Virus record (IMG/VR): IMGVR_UViG_3300044846_002556
Location: 1 to 54,165 of that record
Direction: 5' to 3' (one strand)
DNA length: 54,165 bases
Source: a virus
Lineage: Duplodnaviria; Caudoviricetes
Part shown: one piece after another, positions 17,108 through 25,282 of the stretch
How positions within the stretch are numbered: the first letter of the stretch is position 1
How the letters are laid out: each line of letters opens with the position of its first letter
Position numbers and translations under genes: made by a program
The notes under the pieces: generated by a model
What the model was told of the DNA's origin: nothing
The model's input: only the letters and a program-made list of their open reading frames with translations
Database searches by the model: none

Positions 17108-17353
17108 TTAGGCCGTGCGAAAAACTGCGATGGCAAAAGCGCCTTTGTGAATGGCGGCGCGGGTGCTTACACGAAAGCCAGCTTTGTGCTTTTCACGAAA
17201 GCGCCTCGCGGCGTTGTGGATTTTAGTTTGCTCATTATTTCGCAAGTCTCGTAGGCATGGCACATAGAAAGCGTCTCCGATTTGCATTTGGGCGAAGGGA
17301 TAGCGAGAGAGCGGAGCGGGCTTTGCCCCGCGCACGATCTTGAAAGGCTGCAC
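17108..17353 (-). CDS. Small basic protein (YPF..M..GD.F.VP family), putative DNA binder
   Basis: RYPFAQMQIGDAFYVP...IAVFR; probable GTG start. Confidence 0.55.
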   Translation of the reverse strand: MQPFKIVRGAKPAPLSRYPFAQMQIGDAFYVPCLRDLRNNEQTKIHNAARRFREKHKAGFRVSTRAAIHKGAFAIAVFRTA

Positions 17354-17354
17354 G

Positions 17355-17792
17355 TCAGATGTTGAAGGCGACAAGGGGCTTACCGGAGCCGTCGAAGGAA
17401 AGTTTTGCGGGGAAGCCTGTCCAGAGAAAACCTTCGCCGGAGACTGCGGCATCTTCGTTGTGTCCTTCTATTAGGTGGCCGATGTCAGATTGGTGTTTGG
17501 CTGCATGTTCTTTCGCCATGTAGCCGATGTGCCAGAAGCGCGTGGAGCAAAGGTCGTCGATGTCAGAACCCTGGCCCGGAAGGGTGTGGCGCAGTTCCTC
17601 CATCGCGTCGTCCGAAAGGTGCGAGGCGTCGAACCAGACGGCGACGGCGTTTGCATCGTATGGGTTGGAAGGTTCTGGCCGGAGTTCTAACGGGTAGTCG
17701 GAAGGAAGCGACTGCAAGATCGCTTTGGCCGGGGGCCGAAAGTGCATTCCGACAAGCGGGGCCGTCTGGCGTGTGAATGGATTAGAAATCAT
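17355..17792 (-). CDS. HIRAN domain protein
   Basis: LVGMHFR, L.PEP.NPYD.NAVAV, HIGY. Confidence 0.8.
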   Translation of the reverse strand: MISNPFTRQTAPLVGMHFRPPAKAILQSLPSDYPLELRPEPSNPYDANAVAVWFDASHLSDDAMEELRHTLPGQGSDIDDLCSTRFWHIGYMAKEHAAKHQSDIGHLIEGHNEDAAVSGEGFLWTGFPAKLSFDGSGKPLVAFNI

Positions 17793-17825
17793 GTTTGGAC
17801 TCCTATTGGGGCCTGTTGTGGCCTG

Positions 17826-18068
17826 TTAATGTGCGGTTGATTGATGTTCGTTGAGTTCCACGCCGTCGAGCGCGATTGAAAGCATGGCGTGTTGCTGTTC
17901 TGACGGCACGTTTGCTCCAGAGCAAATGCAGGTCGTCTCAGGGTCTGGTGTGGGAAATGCGATGATGCACATGAGCGGGAGGTCGGGGACGGCAGCTTTA
18001 AGCGCGGCCATCGCTGCGTCCATGACTTTTTTCATGTCAGCATCACGTTTGTTGGTGCGGTCAGTCAT
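17826..18068 (-). CDS. Hypothetical protein
   Basis: ORF in the early operon. Confidence 0.55.
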   Translation of the reverse strand: MTDRTNKRDADMKKVMDAAMAALKAAVPDLPLMCIIAFPTPDPETTCICSGANVPSEQQHAMLSIALDGVELNEHQSTAH

Positions 18069-18372
18069 GGTGTTCCTTTGCGTATTGTTGGGCAGCGTCG
18101 AAACCTTTAGTCATCATTTCAAATTCCTTCTGCATAGTTTCGCCCCAGATGGCATAGAGGCGCTGCGGGGAGATTTCTGGGCCGTGTTTGATGCGGGCCG
18201 CGCAGTAAAGCATGAGGAACGAGGCGTTCATGCTCGCAGATGCTGCAAGGGCTAGAAAGTCGCTCGTGTTGTCGAACGTATCGCAGATGCGGTTGATCGA
18301 CTCGATGGCGCGGTCGTATGCGAGACGCTGCACGTCATGTTTGATGTGCTTTGGGATTTTACTCTCGGCCAT
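18061..18372 (-). CDS. Hypothetical protein
   Basis: ORF in the early operon. Confidence 0.6.
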   Translation of the reverse strand: MAESKIPKHIKHDVQRLAYDRAIESINRICDTFDNTSDFLALAASASMNASFLMLYCAARIKHGPEISPQRLYAIWGETMQKEFEMMTKGFDAAQQYAKEHHD

Positions 18373-18592
18373 TGCGGCAATCCTGAATTAGTGTTTCCAG
18401 ATAGTCGATGATCTCGTCCACTTCGAGCGGGGTGAATGGGATCGGGACGCCGCGAGTGTGGAGGTTAAGTTGGCGTGTCCAGTGCGCGATTAGACGGCGG
18501 AGAAAATCCTCGCGGTCGGAAAGGCTCGCGAGAGCGGGGCGAGCGCACATGGCGCTCACCTTTTGTTGGTAGTTGCAGACGCGGGATGGCAT
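18359..18592 (-). CDS. Hypothetical protein
   Basis: TAATG overlap with the upstream gene. Confidence 0.45.
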   Translation of the reverse strand: MPSRVCNYQQKVSAMCARPALASLSDREDFLRRLIAHWTRQLNLHTRGVPIPFTPLEVDEIIDYLETLIQDCRNGRE

Positions 18593-18867
18593 TAGGACAC
18601 ATGCTCGGGGGCGGAAAGGAGTGGGAGATTGAGGGCCTTGATGATGTCGGGGGAGGCAGTCATGGTTTCGAGTTTGGCAAACGCCTTGCAAATCGCCTCA
18701 TCTCCGTTCGCAGCGGTTGCGCGAAGTTTGAGTTCAGTCCCTTCATTGTTCATAGTGATCGTGCAGCCCCAGCGTTCATCTTCGTCACGCCATGATGCTA
18801 CATCGCGGAAAAGGCCGACCTCAGCGTTGAGGATGTTGAGCTTTGAAAAGATTTGGGAAAGTGTCAT
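18592..18867 (-). CDS. Hypothetical protein
   Basis: AGGAG RBS. Confidence 0.6.
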   Translation of the reverse strand: MTLSQIFSKLNILNAEVGLFRDVASWRDEDERWGCTITMNNEGTELKLRATAANGDEAICKAFAKLETMTASPDIIKALNLPLLSAPEHVS

Positions 18868-18914
18868 GTTAGGCTCCTGTTATAGTGAGTAGAGGGTGGG
18901 TTTAACCGGCAGTG

Positions 18915-19289
18915 TTAGAAGTCAAAGTTGGGGTCGTCAAAGAGGGCAGCTAACTCATTCATTTGCTCCTTGGGTGGCTTGGCCGCGAAGCGCTCCTTGT
19001 CAGCGCGTTCTTTGGCGCGGGACAGCTTGTCCGCTGCGTTCGGAGCGGATTTGTTCCAAGAGTCCACGACAAACTGGATCGGCATGGACGGGCCTGCTAT
19101 GCGGTGCGGGGCGGTTGCCCCGGCCATCTCGCGCTCCCGGAGAACGCGCATCAGCGCTGCCATGCCGCCTGGTGTGGCGGGGAAGGAAAGCTCCTGCGTG
19201 TAGCCCTTGGTGGCGCGGAGCTGGAGGTAGATGAAATCGCCTTCTGAGTAGATGGCGGTGGCAGCGTGGTAAGGGGCAGTGCGGGACAT
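18915..19289 (-). CDS. Hypothetical protein with tail LAALFDDPNFDF
   Basis: Start MSRTAPY downstream of a promoter; GGAG RBS. Confidence 0.65.
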   Translation of the reverse strand: MSRTAPYHAATAIYSEGDFIYLQLRATKGYTQELSFPATPGGMAALMRVLREREMAGATAPHRIAGPSMPIQFVVDSWNKSAPNAADKLSRAKERADKERFAAKPPKEQMNELAALFDDPNFDF

Positions 19290-19344
19290 AGCAGACTGGC
19301 TCCGGGTAGTGGGGTGGGACAAAAACGGGACAAGTTCACATATC

Positions 19345-19373
19345 ATAGTCGCACAAGTAGGGACAAAATGCAA
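19345..19373 (-). promoter_or_regulatory. Sigma70-type promoter
   Basis: TTGCAT-N17-GACTAT, abutting a GGGTCTAAC motif. Confidence 0.5.
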
Positions 19374-19443
19374 GGGGTCTAACCTTGCAAAATGCCTGTC
19401 TGGGGATTTTGTGAAGGGAACAGAGCCGCAGGCGCACAGGCGC

Positions 19444-19626
19444 TTAGTGGTCGTATAGGATGGCCGAGAGAAGCCCATGGGGGCAAATCGCCCTTCGTGT
19501 TCGGTCATCCCAGACCACACAATACGAAAAGATCAGGGAGCCGTAGATCAGGCTATAGGCCACAAGTGAAAAGAAGAGCCACGAGGCGATGCCGCAGAGC
19601 ATGACCAGTATGAAAGCCACGAGCAT
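19444..19626 (-). CDS. Small membrane protein
   Basis: Hydrophobic MLVAFILVML..; GAGGA RBS. Confidence 0.45.
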   Translation of the reverse strand: MLVAFILVMLCGIASWLFFSLVAYSLIYGSLIFSYCVVWDDRTRRAICPHGLLSAILYDH

Positions 19627-19627
19627 G

Positions 19628-19798
19628 TCAATAATCCTTTTCCTCAAGGGGGCGGAGATGGAGTTCAACAAGGCCATCTGAAAGGCAGATGATCTGCGCC
19701 CAGAAGTTTTTGGGTTTGTGGGCGCGGATTATTTCGAAAGCCTCGTCGCAGGTTTTGCATTTGAAGATTAGCGTCTGGCGCTTGGTGTCATCGGTCAC
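19628..19798 (-). CDS. Hypothetical protein
   Basis: ORF; start position uncertain. Confidence 0.4.
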   Translation of the reverse strand: MTDDTKRQTLIFKCKTCDEAFEIIRAHKPKNFWAQIICLSDGLVELHLRPLEEKDY

Positions 19799-20111
19799 GG
19801 TAGTAGTCCTCGTCTGGATAAGTGTCCTCATCTTCGCCCCACTCCCCGATGTAATCAAGGATTGCGTCGTCAACTGCGCGATGGGTTGCGAGGAGTTCGA
19901 GCAGCGCGCCAGTCGCCTTAAAGAGCGGGGCGTCCGGTTTGTCGGGGTCGTCGAGTTTGAGGTGGATCGAGTTAACTTCCCACTCCGGGTCGTCCCCCTC
20001 GTAGCAATTCTCCGGCGGGCCGTAAAGCTGCGGCTTGGTGCCGGGATGGGTGAGCGTCCAGTCGATGTCGAGGATGAAGTCGTGGCCCATGAAATAGATG
20101 CCGGTCTGCAT
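19788..20111 (-). CDS. Acidic hypothetical protein
   Basis: GPPENCY motif; D/E-rich C-terminus; GGAG RBS. Confidence 0.65.
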   Translation of the reverse strand: MQTGIYFMGHDFILDIDWTLTHPGTKPQLYGPPENCYEGDDPEWEVNSIHLKLDDPDKPDAPLFKATGALLELLATHRAVDDAILDYIGEWGEDEDTYPDEDYYRDR

Positions 20112-20143
20112 GATTTTGCTCCGTGATATGAAAGGTGTGGGGA

Positions 20144-20362
20144 TTAGCGAAAGAGGATGCCTGCCGGAAAGTCCTCGTCGATTTTAAGATCGGGGCGGGA
20201 GACTCCCGCTTTATTCAAAGCATCTCGCAGTTCCTCGAAAAATTTGCGAGGAGGTGCACCTTTGTCTCCTCCGATGAGCGCACAAACGAAGCGGAGATAT
20301 TCGGCTTCTGTCTGTGTGAGGGTAAGAGTGTGAATGGTTTCTGTTTTGGAGGTGAGTTGCAT
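20144..20362 (-). CDS. Hypothetical protein
   Basis: GGAG RBS. Confidence 0.55.
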   Translation of the reverse strand: MQLTSKTETIHTLTLTQTEAEYLRFVCALIGGDKGAPPRKFFEELRDALNKAGVSRPDLKIDEDFPAGILFR

Positions 20363-20411
20363 GTTAAGACTCCGTGTTGAAGGTTAGAACCGCAGGTGCC
20401 TGGGTCGCCTG

Positions 20412-20828
20412 TTAGGGTTGGGGCCAGACGTAGGGCAGGTCGGGGCCTTCGACCCAGTGGAATTGCTTGTAATGTTCGGGCTCCTTGCGGAGAAGGTTGG
20501 AGCGGTGAGAGGCGTGAAATTCCGCGTTGCCGAGCCATGCGGGTTTGGAGGTGAGAAGTTCGCTGGTTGAAAACGCCGCAATCTTTTCTGCGCATGTGTC
20601 GTTAAACCCGCGTCGTTTCCACTCCTCGCAAATGGCAAGGCCGTAGATGCAAAGGAGCGGGGCGTGGCCGCGCCACATTTTGACGGCGGGGTGATTGGCC
20701 CACCCATAATTCGGGACAGTCAAAGCCTTCAAGATTTGTAAGGTTTCAACTCTTTGTTTTCCTAAACGCCTATTGTCTAAACAACGGGCGCTCATAGGGA
20801 AATCTGCGTAAGGTAAGAAAGTCTGAAT
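20412..20828 (-). CDS. Pyrimidine-dimer DNA glycosylase / DenV-like protein (MSMEG_6728-type), probable ATT start
   Basis: (M)QTFLPY.DF..SA..LD..RLGKQRVE..QI, HPAV.MW, EW..RG, P.WLG...HASH.SNL..K...Y, LPYVWP. Confidence 0.8.
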   Translation of the reverse strand: MQTFLPYADFPMSARCLDNRRLGKQRVETLQILKALTVPNYGWANHPAVKMWRGHAPLLCIYGLAICEEWKRRGFNDTCAEKIAAFSTSELLTSKPAWLGNAEFHASHRSNLLRKEPEHYKQFHWVEGPDLPYVWPQP

Positions 20829-20840
20829 GGCAGCCTCCTG

Positions 20841-21335
20841 TTAGGTTCGAGCAAATTCGCCAAAGTAATCTTCCGCAGCTTTTGCATAAGCAGCAGCAGC
20901 TTCTTTGGCAGTGTTGTATCGTCCAAGGTTTTTGGTTTTCCCTTGGCGGCGAATATATGCAACAAATTTCATACGAGCTTTGTCAAAGCAAACTCCTTTA
21001 ATTTTGGACTCGCTGTTATTGGCAGCAATTCGGTTGCCTTGGTTTTGAGAAAGTGTAGCCTCGCGGAGGTTGGAGATTGCGTTGTTGGTTATATTTCGGT
21101 CGATGTGGTCGATGACTCCGACAGGCCATTGGCGGTTCATGTAAAACCAAGCGAGTCTTGCGACTCTATATTCGTTTCCAGAAATTGCGATGCGGAGATA
21201 ACCGTTTTTATCCGGGCGACCTGCAGGTGTTCCGGCACAAGCATTTCTGCCTCGGTTCACTCGCCAAGTGAAAATGCCGGTGAGCGGACTGTAGTGGAGC
21301 ATATTTTGCAGCTCTTCGTGGGTTAAGCGGGCCAT
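20841..21335 (-). CDS. HNH-AP2 homing endonuclease
   Basis: Y.P.TG.F.W, IDHIDRN..NN.I.NLR, KGV, LG.Y.T...A..AY..AA...FGEFA. Confidence 0.9.
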   Translation of the reverse strand: MARLTHEELQNMLHYSPLTGIFTWRVNRGRNACAGTPAGRPDKNGYLRIAISGNEYRVARLAWFYMNRQWPVGVIDHIDRNITNNAISNLREATLSQNQGNRIAANNSESKIKGVCFDKARMKFVAYIRRQGKTKNLGRYNTAKEAAAAYAKAAEDYFGEFART

Positions 21336-21336
21336 G

Positions 21337-21531
21337 TCAGTCTCCTGAATAAGAGTTGCGAAGCAGCCACTGGCGTTCGGCCTCGTTGTCGAGACATTCT
21401 TGCAGATCGGAGATGAATTGCTCCAAGTCCAGCCTCTCGTCTTTTGTGATTTTGAAGTTGGGGTTTTGCAGGTTGGCGACGAGAACGCGAATGGCTGTTT
21501 GCGCGCCGTCTGGGTAAAGTTCTGCGATCAT
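21337..21531 (-). CDS. Hypothetical protein
   Basis: ORF in the early operon. Confidence 0.5.
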   Translation of the reverse strand: MIAELYPDGAQTAIRVLVANLQNPNFKITKDERLDLEQFISDLQECLDNEAERQWLLRNSYSGD

Positions 21532-21794
21532 TCCGAGTCCTCCGGGAAAGTTGCGTCGTTGATCAGGTGCTGGGCGATTTCGTGCCAGTTCACGTCGGAG
21601 ATGAAAGCCATGGCGTAGTCGAACGCCAGACCTTTTCCGACTTCTTCCAGATGATATTCGACGTATTCACGGCACCAATCAGCAGCCTCAGATAAAGAAG
21701 GCTTGTCTGGAAAGTCGTCGGAGAGGTCGAGTCCGTCGAAGATTTCGAGATTGATCCGCCATGTGGCGTAGTTCGTCCAGCCGTTATATGACAT
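21528..21794 (-). CDS. Conserved small phage early protein (YNGW.NY.TW family)
   Basis: MSYNGWTNYATW ... VNW.EIA. Confidence 0.7.
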   Translation of the reverse strand: MSYNGWTNYATWRINLEIFDGLDLSDDFPDKPSLSEAADWCREYVEYHLEEVGKGLAFDYAMAFISDVNWHEIAQHLINDATFPEDSE

Positions 21795-22074
21795 AGTTCG
21801 CTCCTTTCAGAATGTCTCTAAGTTCCTGCTTGATGCGCCTTGCGTGTTCTCCGCGCCATGTGGCAGCGTTTGCGAGAAAGTAGGCCACAACGCTGACGCC
21901 AGAATCGAGGCCGTAAGGCTCCGAGACTTGGTTAAGATGTCGGAGCGCGAAGATGTAGGGGACTGCGCCGAAGTAGGGTTTGGGCCAGTTGGCGCGTATG
22001 TCTGCAGCTATCACATACAAAGGTCTGTGATGCGTGTCGGCTGGAGCGCCTTCGGCGGGGGATGTCTGGGTCAT
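21784..22074 (-). CDS. Conserved phage hypothetical protein
   Basis: IA..I...W....FGA.PY...YFL.NA..WRG..A..IK.EL pattern. Confidence 0.65.
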   Translation of the reverse strand: MTQTSPAEGAPADTHHRPLYVIAADIRANWPKPYFGAVPYIFALRHLNQVSEPYGLDSGVSVVAYFLANAATWRGEHARRIKQELRDILKGANYVI

Positions 22075-22075
22075 G

Positions 22076-22363
22076 TCATTCGTCCGAGGTGATGGGCAGG
22101 GCGGACTGCATGGTGGCGATCCAGATGGTGAGGTCGTCGATGGCTTGAGCAGCTTGTGTGCGTTTGTATTTGGTGTTTGTGATCTCGCCCGCAGCGCGCA
22201 GCATATTGGTGATGCCCATGCCGCGAGTTGGGATGATCTGGCCGTTGGTTTTGACGTAGAGCTGCAGGGCGGAGCGCAGTGAGCGGGCGCGGAAGTATGC
22301 AACAGCGTCGGGGCCGACAAAGCTGTGGCCGGATTTGGAGAGGTGGATATATGAGTCGGTCAT
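22076..22363 (-). CDS. Hypothetical protein
   Basis: ORF in the early operon. Confidence 0.6.
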   Translation of the reverse strand: MTDSYIHLSKSGHSFVGPDAVAYFRARSLRSALQLYVKTNGQIIPTRGMGITNMLRAAGEITNTKYKRTQAAQAIDDLTIWIATMQSALPITSDE

Positions 22364-22378
22364 GGCTGGGCCTTGAGG

Positions 22379-22594
22379 TTAGTTGGAAATGGTCTGGATG
22401 ACGAAGCGGCGGTTGTCTCGCACGAGCCACTTGGTGCCACGCCAGACGTTAATGGCTGACGCGACAGGCCAAAGGGGTGTCTGGAAGCGAAAGCGTTTGC
22501 CAGCGCGGGTCTTGCCAGTGACGAGGTAGAGGTCGCCGGGGGCGGGAGTCCAAGAGACTGCGCCGTTTGGCTGGTGGGTGATGGGAGATTGCAT
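22379..22594 (-). CDS. Hypothetical protein
   Basis: AGGAG RBS. Confidence 0.55.
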   Translation of the reverse strand: MQSPITHQPNGAVSWTPAPGDLYLVTGKTRAGKRFRFQTPLWPVASAINVWRGTKWLVRDNRRFVIQTISN

Positions 22595-22605
22595 GGAAGG
22601 GCTCC

Positions 22606-22842
22606 TTACATGGCGGGGGTTATGAAAATGCAGATGGGATTATTGACCAAATCCAGACGTAAAAGGTCGCCCCAGTCTTGGGTGCGGTGGCGGCAGGGCG
22701 CGAGGCCCAGTGCGCGTTTGGCACGGCGGATCAGCGTCTGGGAGGTGGCGTCGGCTGGGGCGTCGATCTCGACGCGATGCACCCAGCAGTAGTTGGCTTC
22801 GCCAGCGAAAGTGTCAGTCATTTCGACAGAATAGCGGCACAT
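22606..22842 (-). CDS. Hypothetical protein (TDTF.GEANY.WV.R motif)
   Basis: Start MCRYSVE after GGAG. Confidence 0.6.
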   Translation of the reverse strand: MCRYSVEMTDTFAGEANYCWVHRVEIDAPADATSQTLIRRAKRALGLAPCRHRTQDWGDLLRLDLVNNPICIFITPAM

Positions 22843-22897
22843 TTTGGACTCCATAAGGTTAGAGGTGAGGAGATGCAGTGGCATCGCTTCGCACTGG

Positions 22898-23215
22898 TTA
22901 AAAGTCGGAGAGAAGGTCGTCGGCGTCAGCGAGTTCGACGATTTTGTTGCGTCTGACGGCGACTTTTTGCTGAGCTGCTTGCACGGCTGGGTGGTCAGCG
23001 CCCCAGACGTTTTTGAGGTTGGCGAGGTAACGCTTGTGCGCCTCTGCGAAGCCGTGGAAGTGGTCGGAGTAGCTGTTCGGCCAGAGGTTTTCGGGGAAGT
23101 CTTGGAAGAGCTTGCGGGTGGCCGCAGGCTGCGCGTCATAGAACGCGAAAAGCTGGTCTGTGCTTTTGCGGACTGTGGACTGGTGGCGATTGCGTTGGGA
23201 GTTGGTGGAAGTCAT
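22898..23215 (-). CDS. Hypothetical protein with tail DADDLLSDF; first gene after a promoter
   Basis: AGGA RBS. Confidence 0.6.
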   Translation of the reverse strand: MTSTNSQRNRHQSTVRKSTDQLFAFYDAQPAATRKLFQDFPENLWPNSYSDHFHGFAEAHKRYLANLKNVWGADHPAVQAAQQKVAVRRNKIVELADADDLLSDF

Positions 23216-23300
23216 CTGCAAGTGTCCTGGCCTTGGAGGCTGCCGCGTTAGCGGCTCGGGGTTGCTGGGCAACGGGCGAAAAACAAATCACCCGTTGCCT

Positions 23301-23329
23301 TTTATCGCAAAAGATGGGTCTAACGTCAA
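23301..23329 (-). promoter_or_regulatory. Sigma70-type promoter with ATGGGTCTAAC in the spacer
   Basis: TTGACG-N17-GATAAA. Confidence 0.55.
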
Positions 23330-23367
23330 GACATGAAATGGTGGGCTGGTTGTGGGGCGGTCTGGTG

Positions 23368-24102
23368 TTAGAAGGGCGAGTCGTCGTCCTCGATCTCGTA
23401 GCCGAGGGCGCGAGCATCCTCTGCGGTGAGTGGGATGCTGTCGTCGGTTGGATCGTCATAGAGCGGTTTCATGTTGAATTTCACGCGCTGTGCGTTGAGT
23501 TCGATTTTGTCCTGCCCCAGTTTGGTGATGTAGCCTCTCGCCCGCATTTCATCTGTCGAGAGTTCTGCGCCTGCGGATCGGAGTGGTTTTTTGGTGGTGT
23601 AAAGTTCGAGCGGTTTTTTAAGCAGAATGTTGTGCGGCGAGGTCGGGGCGTTTTTGCCTTGCAGAGCGGATTGCTGGTCGGGGGTGGAGAGTCCGGCAGA
23701 GATTGCGCGTTCCGCGTGTTCGTAATGGAGCGCCTTATCTTCGTCCGAGATTGACATGAGGTCATCGACGCGGGAGGGCGCGTGTCCTTGTGAAAATGAA
23801 ATGCTGGAAGAAAGTCCAGCGCGGCGGCGTCTGGCGTATGCGGCTGTTCGCTGGTTTTTGCGGAAGGCGGCGCGGAAGTGCTGTTCTTCGGCCACGAGAA
23901 GGGAAAGGTCTGCTTCGGAGATGAAAGGTTGGTCTGCGAGGAATTGCAGGGATTGGAGCGCCTCGCGGAAGTCGTCGATTGTGGAGGTGGAGGTGAGGGA
24001 GGATGCGATAGTGCGGATCTCCCGTTTGAGGATGTTGGCTGTGTCGTATGTGCGGCGAAGGGCAGATAGAAGGGTTATCATGCGCTCTTGGGTTATTGCC
24101 AT
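23368..24102 (-). CDS. Hypothetical protein next to the ori-like element; SSB-like tail EDDDSPF
   Basis: Start MAITQE after AAGGAG; 244 aa. Confidence 0.7.
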   Translation of the reverse strand: MAITQERMITLLSALRRTYDTANILKREIRTIASSLTSTSTIDDFREALQSLQFLADQPFISEADLSLLVAEEQHFRAAFRKNQRTAAYARRRRAGLSSSISFSQGHAPSRVDDLMSISDEDKALHYEHAERAISAGLSTPDQQSALQGKNAPTSPHNILLKKPLELYTTKKPLRSAGAELSTDEMRARGYITKLGQDKIELNAQRVKFNMKPLYDDPTDDSIPLTAEDARALGYEIEDDDSPF

Positions 24103-24156
24103 GGTGGGGGCTCCTTTGTAGGTAGTGAATGTTGCATGGTCTATATAGACCGTTTT

Positions 24157-24431
24157 ATAGGTGGTGAATAGCACAAACCACCCTTTGTGTGCTGGATTTG
24201 GGGTTGGGTGGGTCTAAGGTTAAAAGGGTAGAGCAGGTGGGGGTGTAGTTGACATTCGATTTTTAAAAAAAAATATATACTTAAAGAGGGGCCTAACCCT
24301 CTGCCTTCTTAAATATATATTAGAGAGAAGGTTAGAGCCACCATATACTGGGTATCAGAGGGGTCTAAGGTTAGAACCATTTAAGACCATCTGGAGAGGG
24401 GAAAGGGCGGTTTGTGCTATTTGCCGCCTAT
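24157..24431. other. Symmetric non-coding element, candidate replication origin or packaging site
   Basis: 30-bp imperfect inverted repeats, central hairpin, AT tracts, two GGGTCTAAGGTTA copies. Confidence 0.6.
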
Positions 24432-24453
24432 GTAGTCGCCCATAAAATCCCAG

Positions 24454-24506
24454 CCATTTACCATTTGCCCAGCATCAACCATTTGCCAGCCATTTGCCCA
24501 CCATTT
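24454..24506 (+). repeat. Five CCATTT repeats
   Basis: Starts at 24454, 24461, 24479, 24490, 24501. Confidence 0.75.
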
Positions 24507-24516
24507 TCGAGCCAAT

Positions 24517-24596
24517 AAAAAAGCCCCACGCTGGTCGGCATGGGGCGCGCAAGCGCAGGGCAATAAAAAACCCCCCAGATTGCTCCGGGGGGTTTG
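24517..24596 (-). terminator. Two tandem intrinsic terminators
   Basis: CCCCCC.GA GCAA TC.GGGGGG TTTTTT and GCCCCA..TGGGGC TTTTTT on the minus strand. Confidence 0.8.
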
Positions 24597-24599
24597 TGC

Positions 24600-25157
24600 T
24601 TAGAATATGTCGTCCAGACCGTCGATTGACTGCGCTGCCTTTTTCTTGCGCGCCAAAAATTCCTTTTCGACTGCGGCAGCAAACTTGTCGTTCTGCAGCG
24701 CTTTGGCGAGCATCTCGTCGAAAGCGGCCTTTTCGTCCGGCTTGCTGCGCTTTGGCAGGGCCTTGCCTTTAGCTTTGGCAATGTTGCTCAACATCTCAAT
24801 CGCCACGCCCTGACGCAGCTTGTCGTCGTCGGATAGTCTGGGGGATGAGGCGCGACCCTTTCGCGCAACGCCAGAAACAATGCTGTCAAACATTTCCTTC
24901 TGGATTGCCGCGCAAATGGCTGCGGCTGTTTCCTCATCCCGGCGCGCGTTAGGGATACCAAAACGCTGCGCCTCGTTTGCTATGTCATCATCGCTCCATG
25001 GATTAGCGCCGTTGCCCATAATACCGGCCTTCACGCCTGCTATCGAGTTCTTGATAGCAGTCGAAAAACCAAGCTGGAGCAAATGCTCCAAGCTGTTGGA
25101 CGGCAGAACACTGGAGTCGATTGAATGACCTGCGAACAAAAGATTGATAGAAACCAT
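24600..25157 (-). CDS. Hypothetical protein, first gene of the left arm; tail DGLDDIF
   Basis: AGGAG RBS; own promoter and terminators. Confidence 0.75.
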   Translation of the reverse strand: MVSINLLFAGHSIDSSVLPSNSLEHLLQLGFSTAIKNSIAGVKAGIMGNGANPWSDDDIANEAQRFGIPNARRDEETAAAICAAIQKEMFDSIVSGVARKGRASSPRLSDDDKLRQGVAIEMLSNIAKAKGKALPKRSKPDEKAAFDEMLAKALQNDKFAAAVEKEFLARKKKAAQSIDGLDDIF

Positions 25158-25254
25158 AACTAGCTCCTGCTGGTTAAGGCCCTATCGGGTTCACGATTTC
25201 AAACAGCGGAAACCCGGTAGGGCTCAGGACGACAAGGCGTCGTCCATGGGTCTA

Positions 25255-25282
25255 ACCGTATCAGAAAAAAATCACATTGCAA
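25255..25282 (-). promoter_or_regulatory. Sigma70-type leftward promoter
   Basis: TTGCAA-N16-TACGGT overlapping ATGGGTCTAAC. Confidence 0.5.

Noticed and set aside
24157-24431. MITE or invertible segment
   Set aside because: No target-site duplication and no transposase or recombinase in the genome; the internal symmetry fits an origin or packaging site better
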